Assembly (NCBI RefSeq): GCF_000002075.1 | Contig: NW_004797315.1 | Coordinates: 606,110-670,109 of the forward strand | DNA length: 64,000 nucleotides | Direction of reading: 5' to 3' | DNA from: Aplysia californica | Taxonomy: Eukaryota | Shown: positions 33,888 through 45,513 of the stretch, in pieces | Layout of the letters: every line of letters starts with the position of its first letter | Numbering within the stretch: the first letter of the stretch is position 1 | Made by a program: the position numbers and the translations under genes | Notes under the pieces: model-generated | The model's input: only the letters and a program-made list of their open reading frames with translations | Told to the model about the DNA's origin: nothing | Database searches by the model: none

Positions 33888-34272
33888 CTTTTTTTGATGT
33901 TTCAAAAGCATGCGTCTGGTTGGTCTTAATCTAGTTGTCTGTCCAAACATGTTCAGATGCAGGGGTCATGTAGACCAGGGCTCAAAGGCTTGATATCATT
34001 TGGTGCTTTTATCTTTCAAAATGTCTTATTTCTTAACCTTAGTGTTTTGTTGAGTTTAATTCGCATGTTTTATTCTTTCTATCATTTCAGGCTACTTTGA
34101 ATCGCAGGTGGTGGACAGTTTTTGGCCTGACATTGGAGTGCCAGAGACAACTTTGATTTGTTCATTCATCTCTGCTTCACTTTATCTAGCTGTTACCAAA
34201 CCTGCAGCAGTTTCACCTGTGCAAGAACTTCAGCATCAGGTTGATTTCCCTCGAGTTTTCAGCATGGCAAAC

Positions 34273-37200
34273 ATGGTTCATTTTGACCCGGTCAACAATT
34301 GTGTCGAAGCTTTCGACGTTTCAGGACATGTTGATATCTTCATTGATGGAGAATTTTTCTCCAGATGTAACTTTTCTAGGACTGTCAAGCTTCATTTGAT
34401 GTTGAACTCAAACAACACCTCATTGATCAACCCTGTGCCAAAAGTTCCTTCAGTTACAGATGGTCACGGTTTTGAGAATGTGCTTACCGGCCAGATGCTT
34501 CCTCACACAACGAAGGAGGTGTACCCTGCCCCGTCCTTCCCTAATGTCGGCCCACCACCGTTCAGAGACACCTGCCTTAACACTTACGGGGGTCCCAGTT
34601 TGGTAATGGCTCCACCAGTGACCAGTCATGTCGGTACAAGCTCCACTTATGGGGGTCCAAGTTTGGTAATGACCAGTGATGTGAGTACAGGCTCCAGCTA
34701 CCAGGGCTCTGCTGTCCCCCGAGAAGAGGTATTGGGGATGAATCACCAGAACGATCATGATGCTCAAAGTCAAAGGTGTGAAAGAGCATCATCACCTCCG
34801 TCTGGAAATGAAGACGAATATGTGGATTATGGTAGCCCTGAAATCAGTTCAGAAGAGGAAGATGGAGAGGATGTAAAGAATGAAGTAAACCACCAAAGTG
34901 TTGCCGATGATGCCAATCAGTCACCACAGCCAGAGGAGTCCGCCTCTGATGAGCGCAAATGTCATGCTTGTGGAAAAGAATTTACCCGCAGAAGGCAGAT
35001 GTTAGCACATGGCCGTAATCCTGACTGTGTTGTCAAGTGCTCAGTGTGTGACAAGAAGTTTTTGTCTGCTGCTATGTACTTTATCCATTTCTGTAAACGC
35101 CATCCCAACGTTAACCCCAGAAGGCAGTTTAAGGAATATGTCAACATCACTAGACGTATCAAGTGGCGTGCTGATGGGGAGAGGGTCAAGTGTCCTTTGT
35201 GTCTCAAAATGGGGAAGAAGAGCAAGTTGTTGAGTCATCTGGAAGGGAATCATTTCAAAGATCTTTCCTACGTCTGCTGTGTTTGTGACAAGTCTTTCTA
35301 CAGTGAGAAACAGTGGCGTCAGCATTCCTTAACCCATGGTGTGCCTGTCAGTGACAGTACAGCAAAGGTAAGGGATTCTGTTGGTGGGAATGGAGCTTCA
35401 TTGAGGTTGCCAAAAGAAGAATTGCAGGACTCGAGTGATGATGAGAGAGAAGAGTCTACAGTAGAACTCAACGATGAGGATACAGAGTCAAATAGTGGCC
35501 AGGCTGCTCACTCTTCTGACGGGCTCGGAGTTACAGTTACTGACCTGTTAAAGGATGTGGCTCCTGAGAATGAACAGGAAATGAGGGTCTCATATAACGT
35601 TGTTACAAAGGAGGAGGTTATCGAGGCTGCTTTTAACATGGCAGATGGTGTGGAGCGGCGTGCTGATACTTCTGGCAAGTCACATGGTCGTAGTGCCGAC
35701 TCGGAGCAGAGAAATGTGAAACGGTTAGGAAACAAAAAACGCACTGATGATAGTGTTGCCCAATCAGGGCAGCAGTCGAAATCGTACAAAGGCAATAATT
35801 GTGAGTTTTGTGGGAAATGGTTTCCCAGCAGAAAGGCTAAGGAATCCCACAGACTGAACCCGAACTGGAAGTTGAACTGCATCACCTGTAGTGCGGTGCT
35901 CCCCTCAAAAGGGTCTTTGTTTGAACATTACTGTAGAGAACACCCCACAGAGCAGGACCTAAAGGAGCAGTTTGGCGACCAGTTCTCCTTTGTAAATTTG
36001 AAAATGCTCAAGGATCAAGGTGTCTGCCCACTGTGCATGGCACCAGTGAGTGAGGATGAATGCGTCAAACACCTCGATCGCGTTCACTTCAACAATCAGT
36101 TGTATTTGTGCTGTGTGTGTGGAGAGGAGTTACGCACAGAGCGAGCATGGTACGAACATTGTGACAATGAGCACGGTAGGGTCTCACCTGCGGATGGGAA
36201 ACAACAAAGTGCTCGGATCACAGTGTCTGGTAAAAGAGTAGAAACTTCTATTGCAGCTGTCTCACATGTGAGGGTGAATGGACCTGGAAGTAGTTTTGAG
36301 TTCCAATGCAAATATTGTAAGAAAACATTCAGTAGCAGAGGTCAGCTGTTAGCCCATTCAAAAAGGAAAATGTTTACAAAAGTACCTACCATTTCTTGTA
36401 AACTGTGTAAGAAGCGATTTCATGACCAGGCATCTCTTATTGTACATGAAATGAAAAGGCATAATGAAAGCATGACGCCTGAAATGATGGATAATCGTCC
36501 AAATTCAGATGTTGAATGTCCTGTTTGCAAGAAAGTGGTGAAGAATGCAACGTTGATCTATCACATTAGACAGCTGCATACAGGGGAAACAATGTTTGTG
36601 TGTTGTGTGTGTGGCCGGGGCATTCAGTCTTTTGGCAAGTACAAAAGGCATTGTGAAGAAAAGCACACTGAAGTTGAGAAGCCGAAGAGTGTCTTCAAGT
36701 GTTCTCTATGTCCTTACGTCTGTCAGACCTTCAGTGAGTTTAACCGACACAAGGCAACGCACAAGAAAACCTGCCGCTTCTGTGGGGAAACCTTTCCATT
36801 GTTGAGACTGGCGCAGCAGCATTACGAAGAGAAGCACCCAGAAATGCTTTTCCCATGCAGCCACTGCGATAGGAAATTTCCCAGTCTTAAGCATTTGGAA
36901 ACCCACGAAAAATATGCCCGTTTTCACCGTTTGGAGCCCTGTCCAAAATGTGGCGTGATGTTACGCTGTCTGAAAAGCCACATGAAATCAGTTCACTCCG
37001 AGATCCAAGGAACGCAGTGCAGTGTTTGTGGTAAAACTCTGAAGAATGAGAAAAGTCTTGGTCGTCACATGGAGCGCCATAAAAATGATCAGCTTGCCTG
37101 CCCTGAGTGCTCTAAAGTGTTCAATAACCAAGGGTCTCTGGCAAGGCACCTCACACTAGTCCATTTTGCTGGGCAGGTCCATACATGCCATGTGTGTGGG

Positions 37201-37359
37201 AAAAGTTTTGCTAGAAGATGTACCCTAAAATATCATGAGCGCATTCACTCTGCCACCAAAATGTTCTCCTGTCCCCTGTGCAATCAAGGTTTCAACTACA
37301 AAGTCTCCTTGCTTACCCATGTACGCTCCAAGCATTCAGGATATGAACTTGGATTTTAG
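34273..37359 (+). CDS. Poly-C2H2 zinc-finger protein, paralog 2 (~1028 aa, 20 finger-like motifs)
   Basis: Long intact ORF; ATG at 34273 (CAAACATGG) is positionally homologous to the paralog-1 start; an in-frame ATG at 34264 is an alternative; acceptor at 34090/34091; colinear with paralog 1 through to identical C-terminus GYELGF. Confidence 0.93.
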   Translation: MVHFDPVNNCVEAFDVSGHVDIFIDGEFFSRCNFSRTVKLHLMLNSNNTSLINPVPKVPSVTDGHGFENVLTGQMLPHTTKEVYPAPSFPNVGPPPFRDTCLNTYGGPSLVMAPPVTSHVGTSSTYGGPSLVMTSDVSTGSSYQGSAVPREEVLGMNHQNDHDAQSQRCERASSPPSGNEDEYVDYGSPEISSEEEDGEDVKNEVNHQSVADDANQSPQPEESASDERKCHACGKEFTRRRQMLAHGRNPDCVVKCSVCDKKFLSAAMYFIHFCKRHPNVNPRRQFKEYVNITRRIKWRADGERVKCPLCLKMGKKSKLLSHLEGNHFKDLSYVCCVCDKSFYSEKQWRQHSLTHGVPVSDSTAKVRDSVGGNGASLRLPKEELQDSSDDEREESTVELNDEDTESNSGQAAHSSDGLGVTVTDLLKDVAPENEQEMRVSYNVVTKEEVIEAAFNMADGVERRADTSGKSHGRSADSEQRNVKRLGNKKRTDDSVAQSGQQSKSYKGNNCEFCGKWFPSRKAKESHRLNPNWKLNCITCSAVLPSKGSLFEHYCREHPTEQDLKEQFGDQFSFVNLKMLKDQGVCPLCMAPVSEDECVKHLDRVHFNNQLYLCCVCGEELRTERAWYEHCDNEHGRVSPADGKQQSARITVSGKRVETSIAAVSHVRVNGPGSSFEFQCKYCKKTFSSRGQLLAHSKRKMFTKVPTISCKLCKKRFHDQASLIVHEMKRHNESMTPEMMDNRPNSDVECPVCKKVVKNATLIYHIRQLHTGETMFVCCVCGRGIQSFGKYKRHCEEKHTEVEKPKSVFKCSLCPYVCQTFSEFNRHKATHKKTCRFCGETFPLLRLAQQHYEEKHPEMLFPCSHCDRKFPSLKHLETHEKYARFHRLEPCPKCGVMLRCLKSHMKSVHSEIQGTQCSVCGKTLKNEKSLGRHMERHKNDQLACPECSKVFNNQGSLARHLTLVHFAGQVHTCHVCGKSFARRCTLKYHERIHSATKMFSCPLCNQGFNYKVSLLTHVRSKHSGYELGF

Positions 37360-37632
37360 CAGTTTTATACAGTTCTCATAGGGATCATAGTCGTTAGGGG
37401 GAAATTACAGTGGCTTAACAGTTTACAATATTGTGAGAAGTCAGCATCCTTTTTATTTATTTGGCGATTATATTGTAGCAGTTTCCTATTCTTCCTTTGA
37501 TTTATCATCTTGTTGTCCAGTGAATTTTTTATTTGTTATTCTCAGGAACACAGTCTTAATCAGTTTGCTGTTTTATTTTTATCGAAATGAAAGTGTTTAA
37601 CAAAAAAAAAATTCCTGTATTTTTGCTAGTCC

Positions 37633-37746
37633 TGGAATTATGTCAAGAAGCTAGCCCAGGATAGGGAAAGGTGGAAAGTATTTGTTCGTGATGGCCTATG
37701 CCTATGCCCCGGTCTAGGGTGAGAAAGGCATTGGTGATGATTATGA
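37633..37746 (+). mobile_element. 3' tip of an RTE-clade LINE downstream of the paralog-2 stop codon
   Basis: Translates WNYVKKLAQDRERWKVFVRDGLC (RTE C-terminal AQDRxxW motif), followed by TGATGATTATGA tail. Confidence 0.65.
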
Positions 37747-38169
37747 CATATGTAATATGCATGTATATAAAATTTATATGAGTATATAATATATATTTAA
37801 CATGTCTGAATTTTTTTTTGCGGTGCAGAAAAATTGAGAATTCATCATCATTGTTTATTTCACTGCACTTTTCTGTGGTTATAATTTATGATTTGTAAGC
37901 AACTTGCTCTCAACAATCAGCTAAATACTTCTTGTGTCTTCCCTGGAAATGTTATTATCTTTGAAATTCTTCTGTCTGTCTCCCCCCCCCCTTTTTTTTT
38001 CATAAACGACTATGAAGACCAAAGTTCTGGAGTGGTTTTCATTATAATTGTGTCTTTTAATGATCAGAGCTTTTCTTTTCAGAAGTGTCAGAATATACAA
38101 GATGTGACTTGTTTATGTTGTTTATGGGCTTGAGTCTTGAGTTTCGATCCAATATAATATTATTGATCC

Positions 38170-38562
38170 ACCTCCCGGGGCGGTGCCACTGACTGAAGTG
38201 TCTTTAAGCCATTCCCAAAGGGGGGACATTTCTCGTTCTTATGCACAGTAGAATTGTAAATGGGCTGATTCAACAATGTCATGCTCATAACTGTGCCTGA
38301 AGTACAACAGGGAACTGCTGCTTTTTCTTGCCTCATCCTTACTATCGTCATTATTCTCTACTTCTTTTGGACGTTTGTCACACTCTTCTGACCCGCTATT
38401 TCTGGGGTGCCTTGATAGTCGAAGCAGACTTTGTGCTGTTGAAGCTAGAGAGGTGAGCAGAGTAAGTCTGATTCCCTGTAAGGACTTCTCTGTTGACATC
38501 CACCCCTTGGTGCTCATATGATCTTATGCAGTTGCGAGCGCCGTAAAACCTCTACTAAAACA
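38170..38562 (+). mobile_element. Family B retroposon, full-length (~390 bp), no tRNA head
   Basis: Perfect 14-bp TSD AATATTATTGATCC (38156-38169 / 38563-38576); six copies in window. Confidence 0.9.
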
Positions 38563-39687
38563 AATATTATTGATCCTTCCCATTTTTTGTGCTCACTGTA
38601 TTTCATTCAGTGTGTAGGTCTGTTTATATTTTTTTTAATTGCTTTTTTGATGCAAAAGTTATATGTTAAATCTGGCTATTTGTGACTATCTTCATCAGCA
38701 GTTTTGTCTAAAATAAAAAATAAATAAGAAGTTTATAGTTTATTGTTTCTAGTAATTATGTTTTCCAAGATAGATTGCAATAAAAAAAATAATTTTAAGT
38801 TGGTCCTACTTGTAATAGGAAATGTTAAAAAACTGGGTAGGCCTACTCGTAATAAGATGGAAACGGTTAGAATCTAGGTGCTTGCAATAAGAAATGAAAA
38901 GACAAGGAAAATAGAATCTTTTAAAGACTCAATTCTGATTTGGTCTGTAAATTGTAATCTGTTCATCTTCCTTGGCTTATTTTTGTCATATGCTCTGAAC
39001 TGCGGTATATTGTATGTACAGCTTTATTATTCTTCTGTCAAACATTTTTTGAATTGATATCACAATGATAGTCCAATGGACGTGGGGGACACCAGAGTGG
39101 GACTACCTGTAACCTGTTCACCAAACACATACCTGAGCATGCCGTGGTATGGATAAAAAATGTGCTGGGCAAATTGTACTTTTATAACTTTCAAGTTCAT
39201 TACAGAATTTTGCTGGCACTGTATACAATTTCTTGAAAAATTTGGTGTTTTCCACTAATTACTAGATCTATTATTGTGCATGAATTGGTTTTTCAATGAG
39301 TGTTCATGTTTTGTCTATTTAAGTTATAGTATAGTAGATATATTTATAATCTATTTGCTAGCCGCAGCTTTCTATTTTAACCACTCGACCACTCGTGCTG
39401 TCTGCCCCCTTAATTTTCAAAACTGTCTGGTGCATGGGGAAGTAAAACAAACCTTAGTCGTCGTTTCAACAGAGGAGGGGACGACTGTCAGTTTTCTGAA
39501 AACTTCTGTGGTCATGAAAGTGTTCACTTGTAGAAGGTTTTTTGTACCAGTGGATTTGGTCTCCTGTGTATTGTAATATATTGTCAGTGTCAGGATGTGT
39601 GTATAGATGCAGTGACTTTCAGAATTGAAATTTATTTATATGATCTTCTTCATGAATTTAAATTTTTACTTTACTTGAACTACTTTC

Positions 39688-40087
39688 TTCCCCTCGGGGC
39701 GGTCTCACTGACTGAAGTGTCTTTAGGCCATTCCCAAAGGGGGGACATTTCTCGTTCTTATGCACAGTAGAATTGTAAATGGGGTGGTTCAACAATATCA
39801 TTCTCATAACTGTGCCTGAAGTACACCTGGGAACTGCTGCTTTTTCTTTCCTAATCCTTACTATCGTCATTTCCTCTACTTCTTTTGTATGTTTATCACA
39901 CTCTTCTGACACGCTATTTCTGGGGTGCCTTGATAGTCGAAACAGACTTTGTGCTGTTGAAGCTAGAGAGGTGAGCAGAGTAAGTCTGATTCCCGGTAAG
40001 GACTTCTCTGTTGACATCCACCCCTTGGTGCTCAAATGACCTAATGCAGTTGCGAGCGCCGTAAAACCTCTATTAAAAAAAACAACT
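39688..40087 (+). mobile_element. Family B retroposon, full-length
   Basis: 10-bp TSD AACTACTTTC; highly similar to 38170-38562. Confidence 0.9.
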
Positions 40088-42417
40088 AACTACTTTCACG
40101 AAATAATCTTGAAGAATAAAAATTTAAAAACTATTCGATATGTAATCACTGTAAAAAATTGTTTGTAATAAAAATCAAGACCTTTCTGTTCACAGACTGA
40201 ATGGACTGTAATTTCCTTGAAATTTGTGTTGTAAAAAGTTTGCCTTAGCACTGACTATTTATTTTGTATTTTCAATTAAAAAGAAAAGAATTTGGGGTTT
40301 TTTTCGGCTACAACTCCTATTGAGTCACCATTAAGCTCTTGGATTCTTTATCACAACTAGAATTCTTTCATAGAGAAATTGTTATAAAAGCACATCTTCA
40401 ACTACATTTATGAATTTGGGTAGAACGTTGAAACTATTTTGACCGAGAAATTATATGTTTGACTTGCAATATCAAATATATGAAAATTCAAGATCATATT
40501 ACTTACTCTCTAAACTTTTAGCTAAATAATGATCTTTTAAAAATTAAATGTCATGAGTTTCCATTTTCTCCCTTATGGACCAATTTGAAAGTTGAAACTC
40601 AAGATGGCAGCATTTCCATCAATAAAGACTCAAATGTCATGGGAGGGGGATATAATATTTAGAATAGTTAGTCATCCTCCCCGGCTACATTTTGTAGTGT
40701 CCTTAACAAAATGACTCCCACAGGGTGCTTGGCAAGCTGGGCCTTTATTTATGCTCATCGGAAACCTTTTTGTCTTGTCATAAAATATAATGACAGAATT
40801 TCCCATTCCTGCATATTCATCTCATAGGGGCCTACTTGTATTGTTACTGTACCAATAGATGTAAAGTATTTTCTTGTACGATTATCATTGTCCTTTGACC
40901 TGCGAACAGGTGTCAGATTTTGTTGTAAAAATATAATATAAGCATTTAATTAAGGGTAAGGTAAAGATTTTTGTTTCCTTTTTGTTATTTGTAGTTTAAA
41001 AAATATCCGTTTCATGATGTGATTGGTTGCAATCTCTTCCCTTTTTGGGAATTTACTGACGTGTCTCTTAGTAACTCTCAAAGAGTCTTCCAGCTATGTG
41101 TGGATCTTATGAGACTACCTTGAATTTTTTTTTTCAGGACTTCTGATTGATTACGTTCTCAGTTCCTGCTGATTTTATTGTACCTTAGAATAGAAATATC
41201 AGTATTAAATTTTAATTTGTCAGTTTGGATTCAAGTACCAAGCCTGCCTTAATGGCAAAGTGGTAGAACACTCGTCTCAGGGACAACCTATTTTGGATCA
41301 TGGCACACTTTCACCTGTATGACAAAAATTATACTTTGACTTCTATGGCATAAGGGCTTTAAAGTTGGAGCAGTTGGTTGAATTGAAGGACACCGCTTGT
41401 AGGCCTTACTTCTTCTTAAAACCATATGATGACAGTATGATACCAATTTTGTTTTTGTGCTGGTCTTGTTTGTATTTAACCACTAAATAACCATATTATA
41501 ATTCTTGTGTTGACCGTTGATGTGCTTCTACTCTTGACCTCAGACTTCAATTCATATATATATGATTATTATGATGTCTGTCCCAACCATTTTTTATGGA
41601 ATGTGTATAGTAGGGCCTATAGTGTTAGATGATACAGAGATCTATCAGTAATGATGATCATGTCTTGAAATTCTGTGAAGTACTACGTACTATTTTAGAT
41701 TCTAAAGTTTTATGCTCTCTTAGACCCTAATGATATGTGGGTTGTTTTTTTTACAAAGGTGGACGCTGTACTCTAGGTGTTTGAAGAGTTTCCTACACTG
41801 GTCCGTCTGTTCATATGATGGCCCAAAAGAGGGCTAGGTTGGCAGAAGATTAAAATTTCCATTTGTGTGTTTAGTTTTAGAAAGAGTTTTACCACAGTTG
41901 TCGCATAATTAGGTAGTATAAAAATTAAGTACCGAAGGTTACTTGATATTTTATTGAATGTAGAACTGGGGTCTTAGTCTTAGGAAGACGGGGTGCCCCA
42001 TACTTCCTCACCCCTCTTCATGAGGGTCCATTTCAGAGTGGGCAGGCTGATTGTCTCCATCATCAGCTGGGTACCGAAGGTGTTACAAGAGAGTAACATT
42101 AACAAATACAAAAAAAGGAGAAGAGATCAGACCACCCACCAACCAACCACCATATTGAATTGTGTGTAGGAAATAAAGGTTCGCCCTTGCACCATTGGCA
42201 GGGTAGTTGCACAACTAGTTGGTGGATGTGAAAACCTAATCCCTGTGCTGGCTCAAGTCAGCACCATCATATTACTAATATTAGATGAGTATATTGTTAA
42301 TTACCGTCAGGTCATACCGGTACATGAAAATATCTGCTGGTACAGCTTTGTCTAGACTCTTTGCTTTGTGTTGTCTGCTACTGTTACATTGTTATAACTC
42401 ATTTAGATAGCTTATTA

Positions 42418-42590
42418 CAGTATAACGTGGATAAGTCGAACACAGAAGACTCGAAATCACGCATCCGCCGAACTGTGCGTGCAGTCCCATTTTTAAATCT
42501 TCTTTATCTTTGTAATATATCCCTTGAACTACTGATTCCCTGAACTACCGAAGTCGGTCCTGAGGAATTCGAGCTATCCGTGTTCTACTG
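42418..42590. mobile_element. Tc1/mariner-pogo MITE (~173 bp)
   Basis: TA|CAGTATAACGTGGATA ... TATCCGTGTTCTACTG|TA; inverted copy at 58176-58347. Confidence 0.8.
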
Positions 42591-42990
42591 TATTCTTATT
42601 GCATTGGGGCAGAAATGTAATGTGTTCAAGCAGGATAATAATGTTTAGGTTTAGTAGTCACATTTCTGCTGAGTTTGAATTTTTAAGGAAATTTCACGTG
42701 CATGTGATGTACAGTATAATATTATTATAAATATATATTATATTATGATGATAAACGATTATCTGATGTGTACTGAAAATAAAATCAAAGGATTGTAAAA
42801 AAAAAATCGTGTGCGAGTGCAGTTCTTCTTCTTCTTTTTTTTCTTCTTCTTTAAAAAAAACCCAACTAACCCTGATGGTTATATTTTTGTCAAATCTGCT
42901 TGTTTTTGCATTGGTTTTTTTCCCAAACTTAAGATGCAATTGCAATGTTGACAAATTGTGGTCTTGGTAACTAGCTTTAACAAAATTCAT

Positions 42991-43420
42991 TACCCTCGGG
43001 GCGGTGTTGCCGGGCTGAAGTGTCTCTAGGCCATTCCCAAGGGGGGGGGGGGGGGGGGGGGAATTTACATCTCAGGTTCTTATGCACAGTAGAATTGTAA
43101 TTGTAAATGGACTGATTCATCAATGTCATGTTCATAACAGCCTGACCTGCAACAGGGAACTGCTGCTTTTTCTTTCCAAATCCTTACTATCGTCATTTTT
43201 CTTGTACTTCTTTTCTATGTTTGTCACACTTTTGTGATCCGTTATTTCCGGGGGTGCTTTGATGGTCGAAGCTAACTGTGTGCTACATGTATTGAAGCTA
43301 GAAAGATGAGCAGAGTAAATGTAATGACTTCTCTGTTGACATCCACCCCTTGGCGCTCATATGACCTTATGCAGTTGCGAGCGCCGTAAAACCTCTACTA
43401 ATACAAAACAAACAAAAAAC
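42991..43420 (+). mobile_element. Family B retroposon, full-length
   Basis: CCCTCGGGGCGGTG start; expanded G run; GGCGCTC...GAGCGCCGTAAAACC tail; AATTCAT on both flanks. Confidence 0.85.
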
Positions 43421-43456
43421 AATAATTCATGAGGCAAACAAAAAAATAATTAATTT

Positions 43457-44610
43457 CAGTGGAAACCTGATATAACAGGGATGGTGGGAGTAGAGAAAAA
43501 GTCCTGTTATATCCAATCCCTGTTAAATCAGAAATGCAAGGAAAGTAAGCATTTGTGGACTACTCCAGCTGTACTTATTCATAGGAAGTGTCCCTTGCCA
43601 CAAGTACCCACGAACAGGGGTTCTGGCCCTAACTTTCTTCTTGCCTGCTTAATACGGGGTGCCCACTACGGATGGGATCGGCTGATTGGGCCGATCGCCC
43701 GACTCGATCGCCTCAAAAACAAACGTGTTTGTTTTCAGTTTCAGGCGATCGAGTCGGGCGATCTGCCCGATCCAGCCGTAGTGGGCGCCCCGTATACACC
43801 ACACCAAAAGAGATTGGTCCACAGTATCTGCATCGGGCAGTCTCATCTTCTTTCGATCCAGAGCAAACTTTCCATTGGAGTAGGCTGCCACTATCTTCTC
43901 TCTATCCTTGATAATGGTGTGAATCGACCCTTGTGGAATGTCGAACTAACGACAAATCTGCCAGTGGAGCTTGCTTTTTGTCAACAGCCTGGATTGTTTG
44001 GTATATTTTGTCAATTGAAAGGCACTTTCTCTTGCCCTTGACATCGTTGGTGGCCATAATGAAAGAAGCAGGCTTAGATCTAGGCCGACTGATCGTCCAC
44101 TGAGTGCGTAAAGCTTAGATCTACACATGTACGGTACTGTAATGTTAGTGAACAGTCACGGCACGGTGTGGTGCATGCGTGTGTGCAGTGAACTTCGAAA
44201 CAAACTATTCGCACGACCAGATTTGGCATGCGGCAGGCCTGCCCATGACACATTACGCGTGCGAGTTGCTAGGTTTCGGTTTCGGGCTAGATCTAGATCG
44301 AGGTCTGCTGCACACTTCAGCCCTCTCTCGCTTCACACGCTAGATCTACGTGTGCTTGCAGTGGCATGGCTTGCGTGGGCTTGCTGTTACATCACTGCGT
44401 TACTCTGTCTCTCTGTCTCGCCCTGTCTTACTTTTTACACATTGTTAACGAGCCTTTGTCCCTGCTATAACCAGTTGGGCTCCAATGAGGCCCTGTTATT
44501 GCCGATAACTTTTAATAGAGACAAAGAGTAGGAAAAAATGGCGATTTAAAAAATCCCTGTTATTACCGGATCCCTGTTATTACCGGACCTGTTATATATG
44601 GTTTCCACTG
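43457..44610 (-). mobile_element. Tigger/pogo deletion derivative carrying a decayed CENP-B-type HTH transposase N-terminus
   Basis: TIR CAGTGGAAACC/GGTTTCCACTG, TA at right flank; minus strand from 44044 (with frameshifts) reads KRKCLSIDKIYQTIQAVD...FDIPQGSIHTIIKDREKI...RKKMR...VDQSLLVW(F)KQAR. Confidence 0.85.
43653..43794. mobile_element. Harbinger-like hairpin MITE (142 bp) nested in the Tigger remnant
   Basis: Near-perfect palindrome TACGGGGTGCCCACTACGG ... CCGTAGTGGGCGCCCCGTA; removal with a 3-bp TTA/TAA duplication restores W-F-K-Q-A-R in the transposase frame. Confidence 0.85.
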
Positions 44611-44696
44611 TAGTACGAAAAAGAGCACCTCAACTGTGTTTTTTAAAAATAGAGAAAGTCCTTCACACTGTATGAGAAAACAGAGGGCTGAACAAA

Positions 44697-45090
44697 TGTT
44701 TGTTTGTTTTAGTACATAGAGGTTTTACGACTCTTGCAACTGCGCTGCATGTCATATTATGAGCGCCACGCCAAGGGGTGGATGTTAGCAGAGAAGTCCT
44801 TACAGGGAATCAGGATTACTATGCTCACTTCTCTAGCTTCAACTCAACAGCACAAAGTCGGCTGCGACGATCAAGGCACCATAAGAGTGTGACAAACACA
44901 CATGCAAAAGAAGAAGAGAAAAATGATGGTAGTAAGGATTAGGAAAGAAAAAGTTTGCAGTTCAGGCACAGTTATGAGCATGACATTGATTTACAATTCT
45001 AATTCTACTGTTCATATGAACATGTTATGTCCCCCCTTTGAGAATAACCTAAAATCACTTCAGTCAGTAGCACAGCCCCGGAAGGGGGTG
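44697..45090 (-). mobile_element. Family B retroposon (diverged, minus strand)
   Basis: Reverse complement starts CCTTCCGGGGCTGTGCTACTGACTGAAGTG and ends GTCGTAAAACCTCTATGTACTAAAACAAAC. Confidence 0.8.
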
Positions 45091-45446
45091 GGGGGTAGCG
45101 CTTAATAAAATGGCAAAATCCGGACAAATATCCCAATAATCGGCTAACCCTCAATAAAACATTATTCCAATTCAGACTCTTAACTTTCTTTCCTGACCCG
45201 TTTGCCGAAGTGTGTGCACCCGTTTGTCGAAGTGGTTCCAACCCATTTGCCGAAGCGGTTTATAACATATTATTTACCGAAAAGGTGCACTAATATATTA
45301 TCCGAATTTAGCTAAAGCGACTCAGTGCCCAACACTACTCTGGGGCGAGCTCCATGACGTTGGCGGAGTAGCGGGGCTGTCCGACGTCTTGGGAAATGCT
45401 TCTGTTGTGTGACCTGTGTGGGTTTTTTTCCTTTTTATTTATTTAC

Positions 45447-45447
<1 letters not shown>

Positions 45448-45504
<57 letters not shown>

Positions 45505-45513
45505 TGTGTGTGT
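45448..45513. repeat. (TG)n microsatellite
   Basis: Directly visible. Confidence 0.95.

Noticed and set aside
34108-34263. N-terminal extension of paralog 2 from the track's start at 34108
   Set aside because: Start is GTG; the equivalent region contains stops in paralogs 1 and 3; the homologous ATG is at 34273 (or 34264)
38175-38260. Hammerhead or HDV-like ribozyme at the family B 5' end
   Set aside because: CTGACTGA does not fit CUGANGA with a matching GAAA core, and I could not find the HDV P1 partner strand or nested pseudoknot by eye; needs an Infernal search
38239-40039. Repeated small ORFs (MSTKGWMSTEKS...) at several loci
   Set aside because: They are translations of family B copies with inconsistent frames and stops between copies
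43481-44041. 186-aa plus-strand ORF
   Set aside because: Antisense to the Tigger remnant and runs through a palindromic MITE; no recognisable protein features
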